Part shown: positions 11,285 through 23,844 of the stretch, piece after piece | Numbering within the stretch: the stretch's first letter is position 1 | Layout: each line of letters starts with the position of its first letter | Assembly (NCBI GenBank): GCA_043228905.1 | Contig: JBHGNT010000017.1 | Location: forward strand, 4,092,001 to 4,156,000 | Direction: 5' to 3' | From: Azolla caroliniana | Taxonomy: Eukaryota > Plantae > Polypodiophyta | Length of the DNA: 64,000 nt | Made by a program: the position numbers and the translations under genes | The notes under the pieces: generated by a model | Seen by the model: only the letters and a program-made list of their open reading frames with translations | Databases searched by the model: none | Told to the model about the DNA's origin: nothing

Positions 11285-12249
11285 CCTGGTCCACCGCAGT
11301 AAAGACATAGTCGATTTGTACGGCGTCGCTACTTTTCTTCTTCGGATAATGGCCCTCGACAACGTGTAGTGTCAATCTCCATCGGAGTCGGAGTATTCGC
11401 TGGAGGCGCATTATATGACTCCCTCGGAAAAGGTCTTGCTACCACTGATGCGTAGGTGGGCTCTGATCTTGCCCTCGGCATCTGTAGCTGTCGTTCCGAA
11501 CGTCGCTCAAAGAGGCGGTTGTCACATCTCACCGCGCGACTGATTGCTTCTGTTAAGGACTTTGGCTCTTCGGGGAAGGTCAAGAGTAAATCCTTGACGT
11601 CGTTGCGTAAACCATAACGAAATTGCTCCATCAATGCTTGATCATCCCAAGGGATATCGGCGGCGAGTAGGCGAAAATCTGCAGCATATGCGGAGGCTGG
11701 ATGGTCACCTTGGCGTAATCGCCGGATTTTGTTGATTGCGGTCCTAATGCTATCAGTATCTCCGAAACATGCTTTAAACTCACCTAGAAACTCTTCAAAA
11801 TTGTTGAGTAACGGAGATTCCTTTTCTAATAGTGGAGCGAACCATGACAACGCTGAGCCACTTAACAAAGTGCCTACTAAACCCACTCGTGATGCATCGG
11901 TGGGATATCAGGAAGGATGCATTTGAATAACTAATCGTACCTGGTTAAGGAACCCTCTAAACTGCGATCGCGTTCCATCGAACTTCGTGGGAAGGCCAAT
12001 CTTAGGTTCTTTATGAATCCCTTGTGTTCCGGGCCCTTGTTGTTGCATCGCTACGATGGTGGCTTCGAGTTGTTGCACGCGTAACACAAGTTCCCCATGT
12101 TGTTGTTGCGTTTGCTGCTTTTCTAAGGAGATTTGCTGAAGATCCCCCAGCAACCGTTGGTTTTCTTGTTCCAAAGCATGGAACTTCTCCTTCAAGCATT
12201 GAAATTTCGAGAAAACAGATTGATATTCTTCAGCGCTAACAGTGGCCAT
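11285..12249 (-). pseudogene. Element A Gag
   Basis: PTKFDG..FRGFL, LSGSALSW, LRQG..YAADF, PMEID; in-frame stops at 11908 and 11329; incomplete knuckle CLYCGGPG. Confidence 0.88.
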
Positions 12250-12323
12250 GGGATGAAAGAAAAGAGGAATAAAAGATTAGTAGGAAATGAGAGAGACAGA
12301 AGGTAGGGAAAATTGGTTCAAAC

Positions 12324-12761
12324 TGTCATGAACAGTACTGAGACAGAGAAGGAATTAGTACTAAACGAAGGATTAGTACTATGAGAGGTGTGGAACTTCT
12401 TCGAGAGAAGGAAGAAGTGAGCGAGACAGAGAGAAAGAGAGAGATCGAGAGAGAGAGTGTGTGTGATGATAAGAAAGATATGTATTATATGAAGAGAATA
12501 TACAATGGTGGCTAAAAGGCTTAAGACTGGCGTTGAACCAATTTGGTTCAACATAATGCCTAGTGCCCTCTTTTATAGTGTTTTCAGGAGTAATCCTGAA
12601 GCTTCTAGAATGTTCCAGAGAAATCTGGAATATACACTAATTTCCTATAATAAAATGTAAATGAAAATAATATCCTACGTATTACAATAGATGCTCTAAT
12701 GGTCAAGAGCTCGACCCATATAACCTAAGGTCATGGGTTCGAGTCTTGCCATATCATGACA
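12324..12761 (-). repeat. 5' LTR of element A (438 bp)
   Basis: TGTCATG...CATGACA termini; TATAAAA on the minus strand at 12577-12571. Confidence 0.95.
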
Positions 12762-15159
12762 ATTCCTCCGGCATGTTTCCAGAGGTGATGATCTCCTCAT
12801 ATGCCTAGAGGAGGTCTTTTTTAATAATGTCCCAAAGGCATGTGAAAAAGTGTGGGGTGAGGCCGTCGATTCCGAGGCAACTATCTGCATCCAAATCAGG
12901 GAGGGCCTCCCATATCTCGATGATTGATAGGGGACACACAAGCCATGTATTCATTTTCGTCATGACTTTCTCGTATGCTTTGGGGGACACACAAGCCATG
13001 TATTCATTTCCGTCATGACTTTCTCGGGTATGCTTTGGAAAATAATATCTTCTCTTATGTCTTCCCCTATAGCCATAGTATCTTCGGTAAGTAGGCGGTT
13101 ATAGTAACTTGTCGCAATATTCCTAATTTCGTCGCCATCCTAAGTGGTCGTTCCATCATCTCGGTTGAGGCTGCGCATCATTAATCTAGTGTGCCTCAGG
13201 CCTTTGGAGCGGTGTCGTGACATTTCCATGCCACGATGAGAAAATAACCTCTACCAATTTATATGAGCTTATTCAAATGTTTGTAAAAGGTTATATAAAC
13301 TGCGAGGCCTCGATGAATAGGAGTGTGTGGGGGTTTAGGTGTCGTGAAGGATTTGCTTCACGATAGAAAAATAAACTAAAATATTGTATTGAATAACATT
13401 CGAGAGACTTGAACCCACAACTTCACATACCAAACACATGGCACATACCATTAGGCTAAGTCATTTATTCTTATAAAACTTATTTTAATGTTTTACTTAT
13501 GCCATGTATATTTTCATACATGAAAGCTCAAATGCGTGGGATATCTATCATGCATCACATGTAATACATGAACGCCAAATGGCGATCATGCATCACATGC
13601 ATTTCATGCACTACATGCATGTCTTGTACCCTCACATGCATCATATGCATGGGGGCACCTATTTAAAGAGGGAAAGGGAAAAGAGTGAAGGGGGGGGAGA
13701 ACATGAGATGAGGAATATTATTACAATAGGAGGGACAAACTATATTATTGTACAAGAAATATTTTGTAATCATCGTCAAATATCAATACAAATTATTTCC
13801 GTTTCTCCTCTTTCTTTGACACGAAACCCGATGCTTACTTCCCAGATTCACGATTTTCTTTTCGTTTGCTCTCGTAAGCCGAGATCGACACGACAGTGGA
13901 AGAATTCCTTCGTGGTTTTGTCCCCTACTCGAATCCATCGCGCCATGCTTCCATGAAACTCCATGTCATATATTTCCTTTTCCGCCATGCTGAGTTTATG
14001 TTTGGCCATGACAACTTGTCCTCTGATCCAACTACATGACGGGTATCTCTGTTGGAGTCGTTGTAAGGCTATTAGTCCCCGTTTTGTCCTCTGTCGCTTC
14101 TCCTGAGCATCCTTGCTTTTGGTCTTGACAATCTCATGTAGGAGAGTTGAACCTCTTGTTAATTTAGCTAGAAGTTTGTCAGATGCTGATGAGTCATTGA
14201 CAGGTAATGACCATTGGTTGGAGAGTTGTTCCTTCACTTCTATAAATGTGTAAATAGTGTGTGGGATGCGAGGTTGCAATGGGCCCCATTTTCAGTGCAA
14301 TTGAAAATGACCAACTACCAGGTAATGGTAAGAGAAAGTCGTGCCTGGAGTTATGCGACACCACCCTCCCTTCGCTTCTAGAGCCTCGCCCACATAAATG
14401 CAATCAATGCGCCCGTCTGATTGGGAGAATAAGAGAGAATCCCTTTTTGGTTGGAAGTTGTCAAAATGCCAGATGTCTCGCAGGTTAAGATGTACACATA
14501 ACTTCTCCCATTGTTTATGTTCCCTTCCTTGTAGAACTATGGGGTTGTTGTTGGAGCTATCATGAAAATCCCCTCCAATGCACCACTCTTCTGCACCCAC
14601 TACTTGTAGGCGGATGCGGTCCCAGAATGTTGCCCTTTCTATTTTGCTATTTCGAGCATAAACATTCATGAAATTCCAGCGTTGCCCTTGTGTGGCCAAC
14701 GTGCAAAAATGTGCCCTACCAGGTATAAGTGATTCCTGGTGTATTAAGCCTTGGGCTAGATGTTCCCAAATCAAAGTGCAAATACCACCATGATTTCCAT
14801 CCTCCCCTATTGTTGGCTCCCAAATTGTTCGTCATGATCCTGGCAGAAGGTCTCCGACTTCCTTTGACTGCGTGTTATCGAGGTGGTGTTCCTACAACAT
14901 GATGATGTTAGCAACACTCCCTAATAAATATTCTTCAAGATCCCTTCTCAGTTTCCATCTGTTTTGCTGGTCTAGTCGACTTCTGAGCCCTTGCACGTTC
15001 CATGTTACAATCTTCATACTCATGGAATGGGGTGGGAGGTTGCCAATTGTTCTTGGTGTTTTGCACAACAGGTCGTGAGTGGGGAGCACTCACCATTTAG
15101 ACATCCAGTCAATTCTAGGAATGGAATGCTGGTCCAAATCCAAGAGTGGAGTTTGTGGG
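12762..15159 (-). mobile_element. Decayed L1-type LINE ORF2 (endonuclease to start of RT), split by a solo LTR
   Basis: MKIVTWNVQGL, NVYA, WCIGGDF, RIDCIY, RWIRVGDKTTKEFF, GIDGLTPHFF motifs with stops and frameshifts. Confidence 0.88.
13213..13895 (+). mobile_element. Solo LTR (683 bp) inserted in the LINE
   Basis: TGTCGTG...CACGACA ends; flanks GCGG/GTGG (4-bp TSD with one transition); removing it restores the LINE frame FFHSKGLRH; orientation inferred from TATTTAAA near 13660. Confidence 0.8.
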
Positions 15160-18100
15160 ACACATTGGAGGGACCGGCAGCAAGATGGCGCCAGACGCAG
15201 GACCCGTCTACCATCAACACCTTTGCAGATTTAAAAGCTAAATTCTTGCATTTTTTTCAAAAGGAGGTGGACCAGACCGTAATGGTAGGCTTATTTTATA
15301 CCATCCGGCAAGAGGCAAGGGAGAGCATTCCCCAATTTGTCATCCAGTTTCAACGGATGCATAGTCAACTTGCCCGCGCACCCCCGGAGGAGGAATTACG
15401 GACTATATTCCTAAACGCGCTCCGGGAACCTCTACGCACGGTTTGCACGGTAATTGACTTCCGCACAAGTACCATCGACCAGGTCATTGACCGGGTGAGA
15501 GAGATGGAAAAGACAAGCTCATGGCTCAGACTGGGAGCACTTCAACGGGTGTTACCGTTCGATGAAGACCTCTGGTTTCGGCAAGCAATACAGTGCACAA
15601 CCTGCTTGAATTCCGGACACTCGGCTCTAGAATGCACTATGAGGATGCAATGTGTAATCTGTCAATCCAAGAGCCATACGACGGATAGGTGCGAGTATAA
15701 TCTGTTAAACCGGCAAGCACTGCCCGTCCGACAAATTGAGCCACACAGCAGCCGGGATGAAGAAGACGAACGCTGGCGGCGAATGGACCGCGACCGACCG
15801 GCACAGGATGTCCGGCATGGCGATCGACGGGAAAATGATGTCCGATACGGTGATCTGCAGGATAACTATGACCAGCATGATCGGTACCAGGGTTACAATA
15901 GACGATACGAACATTACGACCGGGAGCACTCCCCCGGGTATCGTCAGCAACGGGAGGAATACGGCAGATATAACGGGCAACCCCGTCAAGAGTACCGTAA
16001 TAAGAAGAGCTATAACAAAAAACGGCATTTTAAAAAAGGCGGCTACCCCCGGAATCCGGAACAAGGAGCTCCAAGCAGCCAACCGGTACAAAACCCCGCG
16101 CGTACTGCAGGACCTGCCCCGGGTACAACAGACAATGCCGAATCTAGCAATGCCCGGAAAGCCTACTGCTACTACTGCCGACAGGAAGGCCATTATAGTA
16201 ACCAATGCCCGGTGAAGAGCTATGAAAAACGACCGGCGGTAAATATGGTAGTCCTTGAGGTGGCAGATCTGCAGCAGGTGACCACAAGGTCGAAGGGCAT
16301 GGCCAAGGAATGGGAGACGCAGGAGACCATCCGGAATTAAGCAATGGAATGGGTAAAGAAAGCAAACGAACAGAATGCCACAAACTTACAACGGCAAAAG
16401 GAGAACACCACAGGGCTTGCCGGCGGTAGTCACTCCGAGAACGAGACATGGCAGGCGTTGCAAGAGTGCCAGATTACGTTGCCACTAGGAAGACTCCTAC
16501 AACTCGTGCCAAGATTCACGGAAGGACTGAAGACGGCCATGACGGCAGGAGAACCACTGGTACTCTTCTCGAATCCGGAGGAGGGACCAACGGTGGTGGA
16601 CACCAGCAGTCCGGTAATCACTGCCATTGTAAAAGGGAAAGAACTCCCCGGCACAGTTATAGACGGAGGCTTTGGGGTGAATGTAATAAGCCTTCGGACG
16701 TGTGATCCCCTAGGAATCCACGAGTGGGAGCCGTGTCCGTTCTAGTTGCGGATGGCCGATACAAGCTCAATGCGGCCGACAGGATTAATACGGAAATTAG
16801 AAGTCACCGTCGGCGGTCATACATTTTACATCTCGGCCGTAGTGCTACAATTACAGGCACAAGGTGCATACCCACTATTGCTGGGGCGGCCATGGTTGAA
16901 AACGGCACATATCAAACAGAATTGGCAGAAAAATATAATTACCTTCCGGCGAGGAAAAGCCAAGGTACGGGTACCAACACAGCCAAGGACGAGCACTGGC
17001 AAGGAATGTACACCGTTGTATGCGGAATGCGTCAACATGCTAAAAGGGTTAGCGGACGAAGAAGAAGCTCAGTACCTGCAGGAAAACCCGAAGATCATAC
17101 CCCTCTTCGAAATTGACATTGCCGAAGCAGTAGCACCATACTTACCGCAATCGGAAGAGGCTGAAGCAGAACCGGATAAAGACGGAATCCGGGAGTTACG
17201 GCAAGTGCAGGAAGCGTTGGAATAGGAAATGGCCGTTTCACAGCGCGTAAAAGCGTCGCAACTGGAAGAGGTGAACCTAGGCACCACGGACGAAGCAAAA
17301 CCGGTGCACATCGCCAAGGAGATGAAGTCCAAAGACAAAACGACGATGATCACACTTCTCACGGAATTCCGCGATGTGTTCGCCTAGTCATATGAAGATA
17401 TGCGAGGACTCGACCCTCAGTTATACCAACATCAGGTGCACTTGAGCAAGGACGCAAAACCAGTGGCACAAAGACGGTACCGGATGAATCCCAATTATGC
17501 CGCCAAAGTCAAGGAGGAAATCGACAAACTGCTAAGAGTTGGCTTTATCCGTCCGGTAAAGAAAGCGACATGGTTGAGCCCGATCGTAGTCGTACCGAAG
17601 AAGAATGGAAAAATTCGAGTTTGCGTGGACTACCGGAAACTCAATGCGGCTACGGTAACGGATGCGTTTCCACTTCCGTTCACAGATGGAGTGTTGGATG
17701 CCGTCGCCGTCCATGAGGTCTATAGCTTCCTAGACGGATTCAGCGGGTATAATCAGATCCGGATGCACCCCGATGACTAAGAGAAAACGGCATTCGTCAC
17801 CGAATGGGGGGTGTTTGTGGCCGTGGTGATGATGTTCGGACTCAAAACGGCATTGGCAACATTTCAACGAATCATCATGGAAATCTTTGGTGAATATATA
17901 CCGGCTTTTATGCAGGTTTTCCTTGACGATTTCGCCGTCTATAGCCGGGAGGAGGACCATTTTCAACACCTCCGTCTTTGTCTAGAAAAGTGTAGAGCGT
18001 ACCGACTAAGCTTGAATCCAGCAAAGTGTGTATTTGGCGTGTCCAGTGGAACTTTATTAGGACATATTGTGAGCCAGGAAGGTATTGCAGTCGACCCGGA

Positions 18101-20057
18101 CAAAGTGAAAGCCATATTAGAAGCACCGGCGCCGGCAACGGCAAAGGTTTTAAGCCGGTTCTTAGGCCAAATCTGGTGGCACAGCCGGATGCTCCGATAC
18201 TTAGCCGACCTGGCTACACCGTTGCATGCCGCCGTACATCGGACACCATACCAGTGGACCGACACCGAGGATAGAGCGTATAGGGCCCTCAAGGTACTAT
18301 TGTCGCAGGCATCGGTAGTACAACCTCCGGATTGGAGTAAAGAATTTCACGTGTTCGTAGACGTCTCCGACATCGCAATCGGAAGCGTACTTATGCAGCT
18401 TACGGAGCCAAAATGGTACCCGCCAGTGTACTATGCCAGCCGAAATCTATCCCAAGCAGAACGAAACTACTCTACCATGGAACGGGAAGCCCTAGGGATG
18501 ATCTACAATGTAACAAAGTTTCGGCATTATTTACTGGGAAGGAAGTTTTCCTTCCATGTAGATCATTCGACACTCCTCTACCTGGTGTCGAAGGCGTCAC
18601 TCACCAATAAGTTGGCCCGGTGGACCTTACTGTTACAGGAATTCGAGTTCGAAATATTCCACCGACCCGGTATACAGCATGCTGTAGCGGATTATTTAAG
18701 CCGACTAGAGTCCGGAGAAACGGGTGACGGAGTAGCGGATGAGTTTCCGAATGCAGAGCTATTTCGAGTCACTACGGAGACGGCAGCAGATGAGACGGTG
18801 GCACAGGAAGACAAATGGCTCACAAATATGCACCAGTTTCTGAGCACAGGACTGCCTCCGGAAGAGATGAACCGGGACGAACGGAAATGCCTGGCGGTGT
18901 AAAGCCGACATTTCTGCTTACTGCAAGACACACTGTACCACAAGGGCGCGGACGGCATATGGAGACGGGCAGTGCGCAGCGATGAAAAGGAACTGATACT
19001 GAGGGAAGCCCACTGCGAAGTTGCCGGAGGTCACTATGCCAGAGATGCGATGGCCAGGAAAATATGGCAAAGTGGCCTATGGTGGCCAACGACACTAAGA
19101 GATGCGGTACGATACGCAAAAGAATGTGACCTATGCCAGAGAACGGGCCAACCAATGGAGCAGGCTCGTATGCCACACCAACCGGTACTACCACTCGAGC
19201 CATTCCAGAAGTGGGGGTTGGACTTTGTAGGACCCTTCAAGCCACCGGCAATGAGAACGGGTAATCGGTACGTCATCGTTGTTATGGATTATTGCACGAA
19301 ATGGGTGGAGGCCAAAGCATTAAGGGATAACACCGCTACGTCAACGACGAAGTTTCTATATGAGTACATCTGGTGCCGTTACGGATGCCCAATTGAATTA
19401 ATAAGCGACCAAGGGGGGCACTTTCTCAGCCAAGTAGTGGAAAGCTTGACGACATTCTATGCCGTTGTACACAAACGGAGCACACCTTACTATCCACAGG
19501 CGAATGGTTTAGCGGAATCAACGAACAAGATGCTCCAGAATATCCTCCGGAAGATCGTCAATGAAAACCGGACGGATTGGGACACAAAGCTACATAGCGC
19601 GCTTTGGGCATACCGGACGGCATACAAAACGAGCATCCGAACAACACCGTTCCGGTTAGCGTTCGGACTAGAGGCGGTCATGCCGGTAGAATTCCAAGTA
19701 CCCAGCTTACGGATCCAGCTACGGGAACGGTTGAACGAGAAGGAGTCGGAGGCAATACGGTTTACAGCGTTGTGTGAGCTCGAGGAACAACGACTGGCCA
19801 GCATCCTGCATTTAGAATTGGAGCAACGGCGACGGAAAGCATTTGTCGACCGGCACAAGAAAGGAAAGGAAAAAATGTTCGCAATCGGCAAACCGGTGTT
19901 AGTATTTCAGACCCGGATGGGCAAGATGCCGGGTAAACTACGGTTTAGATGGACCGGACCGTATTGGTTAACACGGGAGTATAATGGGTCCTACCAGTTA
20001 GCGAGGAATGAATGGATGAAAGAGCGAGGAGCGAAAAGGTACGTGGTGGGCATTTAA
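15160..20057 (+). pseudogene. Element C Gag-Pol, one reading frame broken by nonsense mutations
   Basis: ORFs at 14991, 16344, 16746, 17400, 17811 and 18972 share one frame; three CCHC knuckles, VIDGG protease, FLDD, GLDFVGP/SDQG/GLAE integrase, GPY motif. Confidence 0.9.
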
Positions 20058-20318
20058 AGCGCCACCATAGGACATAATGCTATTTGAGTACACGACATGC
20101 ACACACTCGAAAAAGGCGCCAGAATGTACAGACAAAAACCACTGCGCGTAGAGACCCTTTACTTTCGCGAACCCAGGAGCACAGAAGCACCAAGACGCTG
20201 CAAGATCATCAGATGAAAACCTGCGCACAGAGAACCCCCGCCTTCTGAACTCTCTCTCTCTCAACCTCACTCTCATCACCATCCAACCTCGCCACCGCAA
20301 TCCGACCTCGACACAGAA

Positions 20319-22831
20319 ATGGACCCGCAAACGCTGTCGGAAGCCGCCAAGACATGGCTAAAGCAACACGGGCTCGAGGGCTTGTTGATGATGATGGAAG
20401 TACCGCCACACAAAGAAGCTGACAAAGTGATCAAAGAAATCGACACAGAGGTCATAACGGCAGAGGCGATTCGAGCGTTAACAGGCCTTCCGGAGGGAGG
20501 CATACTCACGATCGACAATCCAACCACGGAGCAACTCATCAGGTATTTTGGTGAGTATTCTCTAGCCAGCAAGGGCTACCGGACACAGGGCGGCGGAGAC
20601 ATGCTGTTCCGCGAGATTGCTCGTGTGCTCCACGAGTACGGCCACGTGTACCCTAGACCCCCTGTCATGCCGCAGAACCGGGCAGGGATGATCATTGCCA
20701 CCTATGAAGGGATCAAGGTGGATTGGCCAGTATTGATCGCAGACGGGTTGTGTGCGGCCATCGAGATCGTCAGAGGCAAAGACGGCAAAGAAGGCCGAGA
20801 CGGACGGAGGATATGGCACGCCGTAACGCAGTGGCTCACCTTGCTTGTGCCACCCGTCCAGCCCAAGAAGCGAAGAAGAGTGGTGGACGGCACCCCAAAC
20901 GGAGCACCTCCAGCGATGGTCGTCGGCAAGGACCGTTGAGACAGCCGGGAAACGTTCGGACCGTCAGACGGAGGGAACACCGGCTCCCCTTAGTGAGACT
21001 CCCACGCCAAGGAAGGAACCGGAACCAGTGCACATGGCACCGGAAATAGAAGCCCCGGCACCATCGGCAACACCGGCAAGTCCCATCCCGCCAAAGCCGG
21101 AAAGGTCAATGCAGCCTCCCTCGGTCAGCCAAGAAGAAGCGCAAGGGGAACCAGGACAACAGGGTGGTCCACGGGCAGAAACGGAACTGCAACTCGGCGC
21201 AACCAGGCGGGACCACCCCTCTACAAGTGAGCCCAACAAGGCACCGGTAGCCTGTGGCTCCGGTGGATAGGCGAACAGATAGTCGGAGCAGTGGGCTATA
21301 TTGAGGCGGAAGAAAGAGCGCAAAGCGAACGGTTGCTCGTCACAACCGAACAACTAGAGACGGCCCGGTCCAAAATCCGGTGCCTTGAAAAAGACTTGGA
21401 TAAGGTCACGACAGAGATGGCCAAAATGGCCTTAACGGCAACACAGATCCAATCACCGGTGACTCCGGTAAGTGTACAGAATAAAGAAACGGAACGACTT
21501 GTACATAGCAATAAGACCCCGGAAATGGAAACCGTTCCGGCGAGAGATGCGGCTCAAGCCTAGGAGCTTGCGGAATTGAGAGATGAACTTGCCGCACAAG
21601 AAGCGTTAAGGAGCCGTGAATGAGAATTGAAGACAGTGGCCAAAGCCGAATTAAAGAAGACTGCTGAGAACCTCCGCCGGGCAGAGGAGAGCCTCCGGAA
21701 TGGCCATCAAGCGTACGACCGGCTAAAGGAGGAGAAAGACAAAGTGCTGCAGGAAAAGGACAAGCTGTGGAAAACGGCGGAAACAGAGATTGAACGGCTA
21801 AAGGAAGAGCTACGCCAGCAGAAGGACTGCGAGGACCGGGCCCGTGGTCAGATCAACGCATGGCTCAAGCAAAAGACGGATGATTTTGAGCACCTGCACC
21901 GGGACTACAAACGGCTAGAAACGGAGCATAAAGAACGGATGGCCGAGCTCCAGTAGGCAGTTGATCGGGCCGTGACGGCAATCGCCGACGAACGGGCGGA
22001 AAATACAAGACCCTTGGACGAGGCGGAGAAGGTCTGGATGGAACTCCAGAGGCAGCAGCAGGAAGACAAAGAGAGAGTGTCAACAGTATTGCAGAAGTTA
22101 CAAAGCACATATCAAAGGCAATTGACGCATTACAAGGCGCAGGCGGAGGACAACGTCAAAATCATCAAACAACTGAAGGAGGAACGGCAAGCGGCGGAAA
22201 CCAAATCGCAATTGGGAACGAGCCGGATTCAGTCCATCCTCCGGGCATGGCTAAATAGACAAAACACTCGATTGATGAAAGCTCCGTAAAATGGTGGACA
22301 AAGTGGGCACAAAACGCGGCGGAACTCCAGTTGCTACGGGCGGATGTGGCAAACCGGCGGAAGGAAGGAGATGATTGTTATACGTTAACTTCCGAGGACT
22401 TCACCGCCATACGGGACGAGCTGGCCGACGACTTCCAAGTCTTGGCAGATGAACAGCTGGCGCAGGTGAGGCAGCTCGTAGCTCAGCTAGACGATGATAG
22501 GCTCGATGCTCAAATCCAGTTTGAAAGCTACGAGTGGTCCCGGGTGCGGGAAGAAAAAGCACGGGAAGCGGCAACGGTTAACCTTAGTGATGAGGAACCG
22601 TCGCCGACTGAGGGCCAGCCGGGAACCAGTCAACCGGAGACCACTACGACGCAGGGAGCAATGACGGAGACGCCGGTGTCAGAGCAACAAACGGAGGAGC
22701 AGCCGCAGCAGCCACCAACGAACCCGCCGCAGCAGACATCAACAAAGCAACAACAACAACAACAACCACTTCCAGATGAACCATTGGAGCCTCTCGAACA
22801 AACCATTCTGGACATTTTGGACGAAGAATAG
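20319..22831 (+). pseudogene. Element C extra ORF (globular N-terminus, Pro-rich linker, long predicted coiled coil, Q/E-rich tail), function unknown
   Basis: Chain of sense ORFs between integrase and LTR, separated by single stops or frameshifts; E/K/Q/R/L-rich helical composition. Confidence 0.7.
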
Positions 22832-22885
22832 CAAGGGTCGATTGTGGATTCGACGTACAAGGTACTGTCCCACGGGCGTGCCATG

Positions 22886-23311
22886 TGTTACCGGCCGGAC
22901 CGGAGTGGGAAACGGAGAGTTATTTAAGTAGTAGGAATGTGGTTGTAATTAAGCTATGAGTGTGGACGGACGGACCGGAAACGGTGTGCCGTTCCGGATC
23001 CGGACCGATCCCGAACAGGTGCGGATGACACCGTTTTGTAATACAGACCAGAAACCTATTTAAAGGCCGGATACAATGTAATCAATAGCGGTTAATTAAT
23101 GAAAGCTTAAGCGTTGTTATCTCTCTGTGTTAATTATTGTTTTGTCTTAATTGTTATATCTTACGCGTGTGTTATGAAAGACGATCATAAGAAGTAACTT
23201 AATTAAGTAGGATTAAGCGTTGAGGCAGATCCGGTTGCCGTAACACCCTTTGGGGAAGTGTCTTCCGTAGACACCATGTGTTAGGCCATTGTTCGGCCCT
23301 AAGAGTTAACA
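22886..23311 (+). repeat. Probable 3' LTR of element C (426 bp)
   Basis: TGTTA...TAACA ends, TATTTAA motifs, LINE sequence resumes at 23312; no partner LTR to confirm the left boundary. Confidence 0.7.
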
Positions 23312-23844
23312 GGAGCTATCATGAAAATCCCCTCTAATGCACCACTCTTCTGCACCCACTACTTGTAGGCAGATGTGTGGCCAACGTGCAAAAATGTGCC
23401 CTACCAGGTATAAGTGATTCCTGGTGTATTAAGCCTTGGGCTAGATGTTCCCAAATCAAAGTGCAAATACCACCATGATTTCCATCCTCCCCTATTGTTG
23501 GCTCCCAAATTGTTCGCCATGATCCTGGCAGAAGGTCTCCGACTTCCTTTGACTGCGTGCTATCGAGATGGTGTTCCTACAACATGATGATGTTAGCAAC
23601 ACTCCCTAATAAATATTCTTCAAGATCCCTTCTCAGTTTCCATCTGTTTTGCTGGTCTAGTTGACTTCTGAGCCCTTGCACGTTCCATGTTACAATCTTC
23701 ATACTCATGGAATGGGGTGGGAGGTTGCCAGTTGTTCTTGGTGTTTTGCACAACAGGTCGTGAGTGGGGAGCACTCACCATTTAGACATCCAGTCAATTC
23801 TAGGAATGGAATGCTGGTCCAAATCCAAGGGTGGAGTTTGTGGG
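23312..23844 (-). repeat. Second copy of LINE segment 14553-15159 (endonuclease N-terminus)
   Basis: Same sequence with about 8 substitutions and a ~74-bp deletion. Confidence 0.92.

Larger units (their letters stand above)
1..12761 (-). mobile_element. Element A: Ty3/gypsy chromovirus (Tf1/Tcn1-like), interrupted by element B; 3' LTR runs off the window start
   Basis: Matching LTRs at 1-330 and 12324-12761 with TGTCATG...CATGACA ends; minus-strand order gag-PR-RT-RH-IN-chromodomain; PPT next to the 3' LTR. Confidence 0.95.
15160..23311 (+). mobile_element. Element C: 5'-truncated non-chromovirus Ty3/gypsy with an extra 3' ORF
   Basis: Starts inside gag; gag-PR-RT-RH-IN; extra ORF; terminal TGTTA...TAACA repeat unit; no 5' LTR or PBS. 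Confidence 0.88.

Noticed and set aside
14991-16340. 449-aa ORF as a novel fusion protein
   Set aside because: Its N-terminus is antisense LINE sequence joined to truncated gag at the 15159/15160 breakpoint
22886-23311. Hammerhead ribozyme in the GC-rich inverted repeats of the LTR
   Set aside because: No CTGANGA...GAAA core seen
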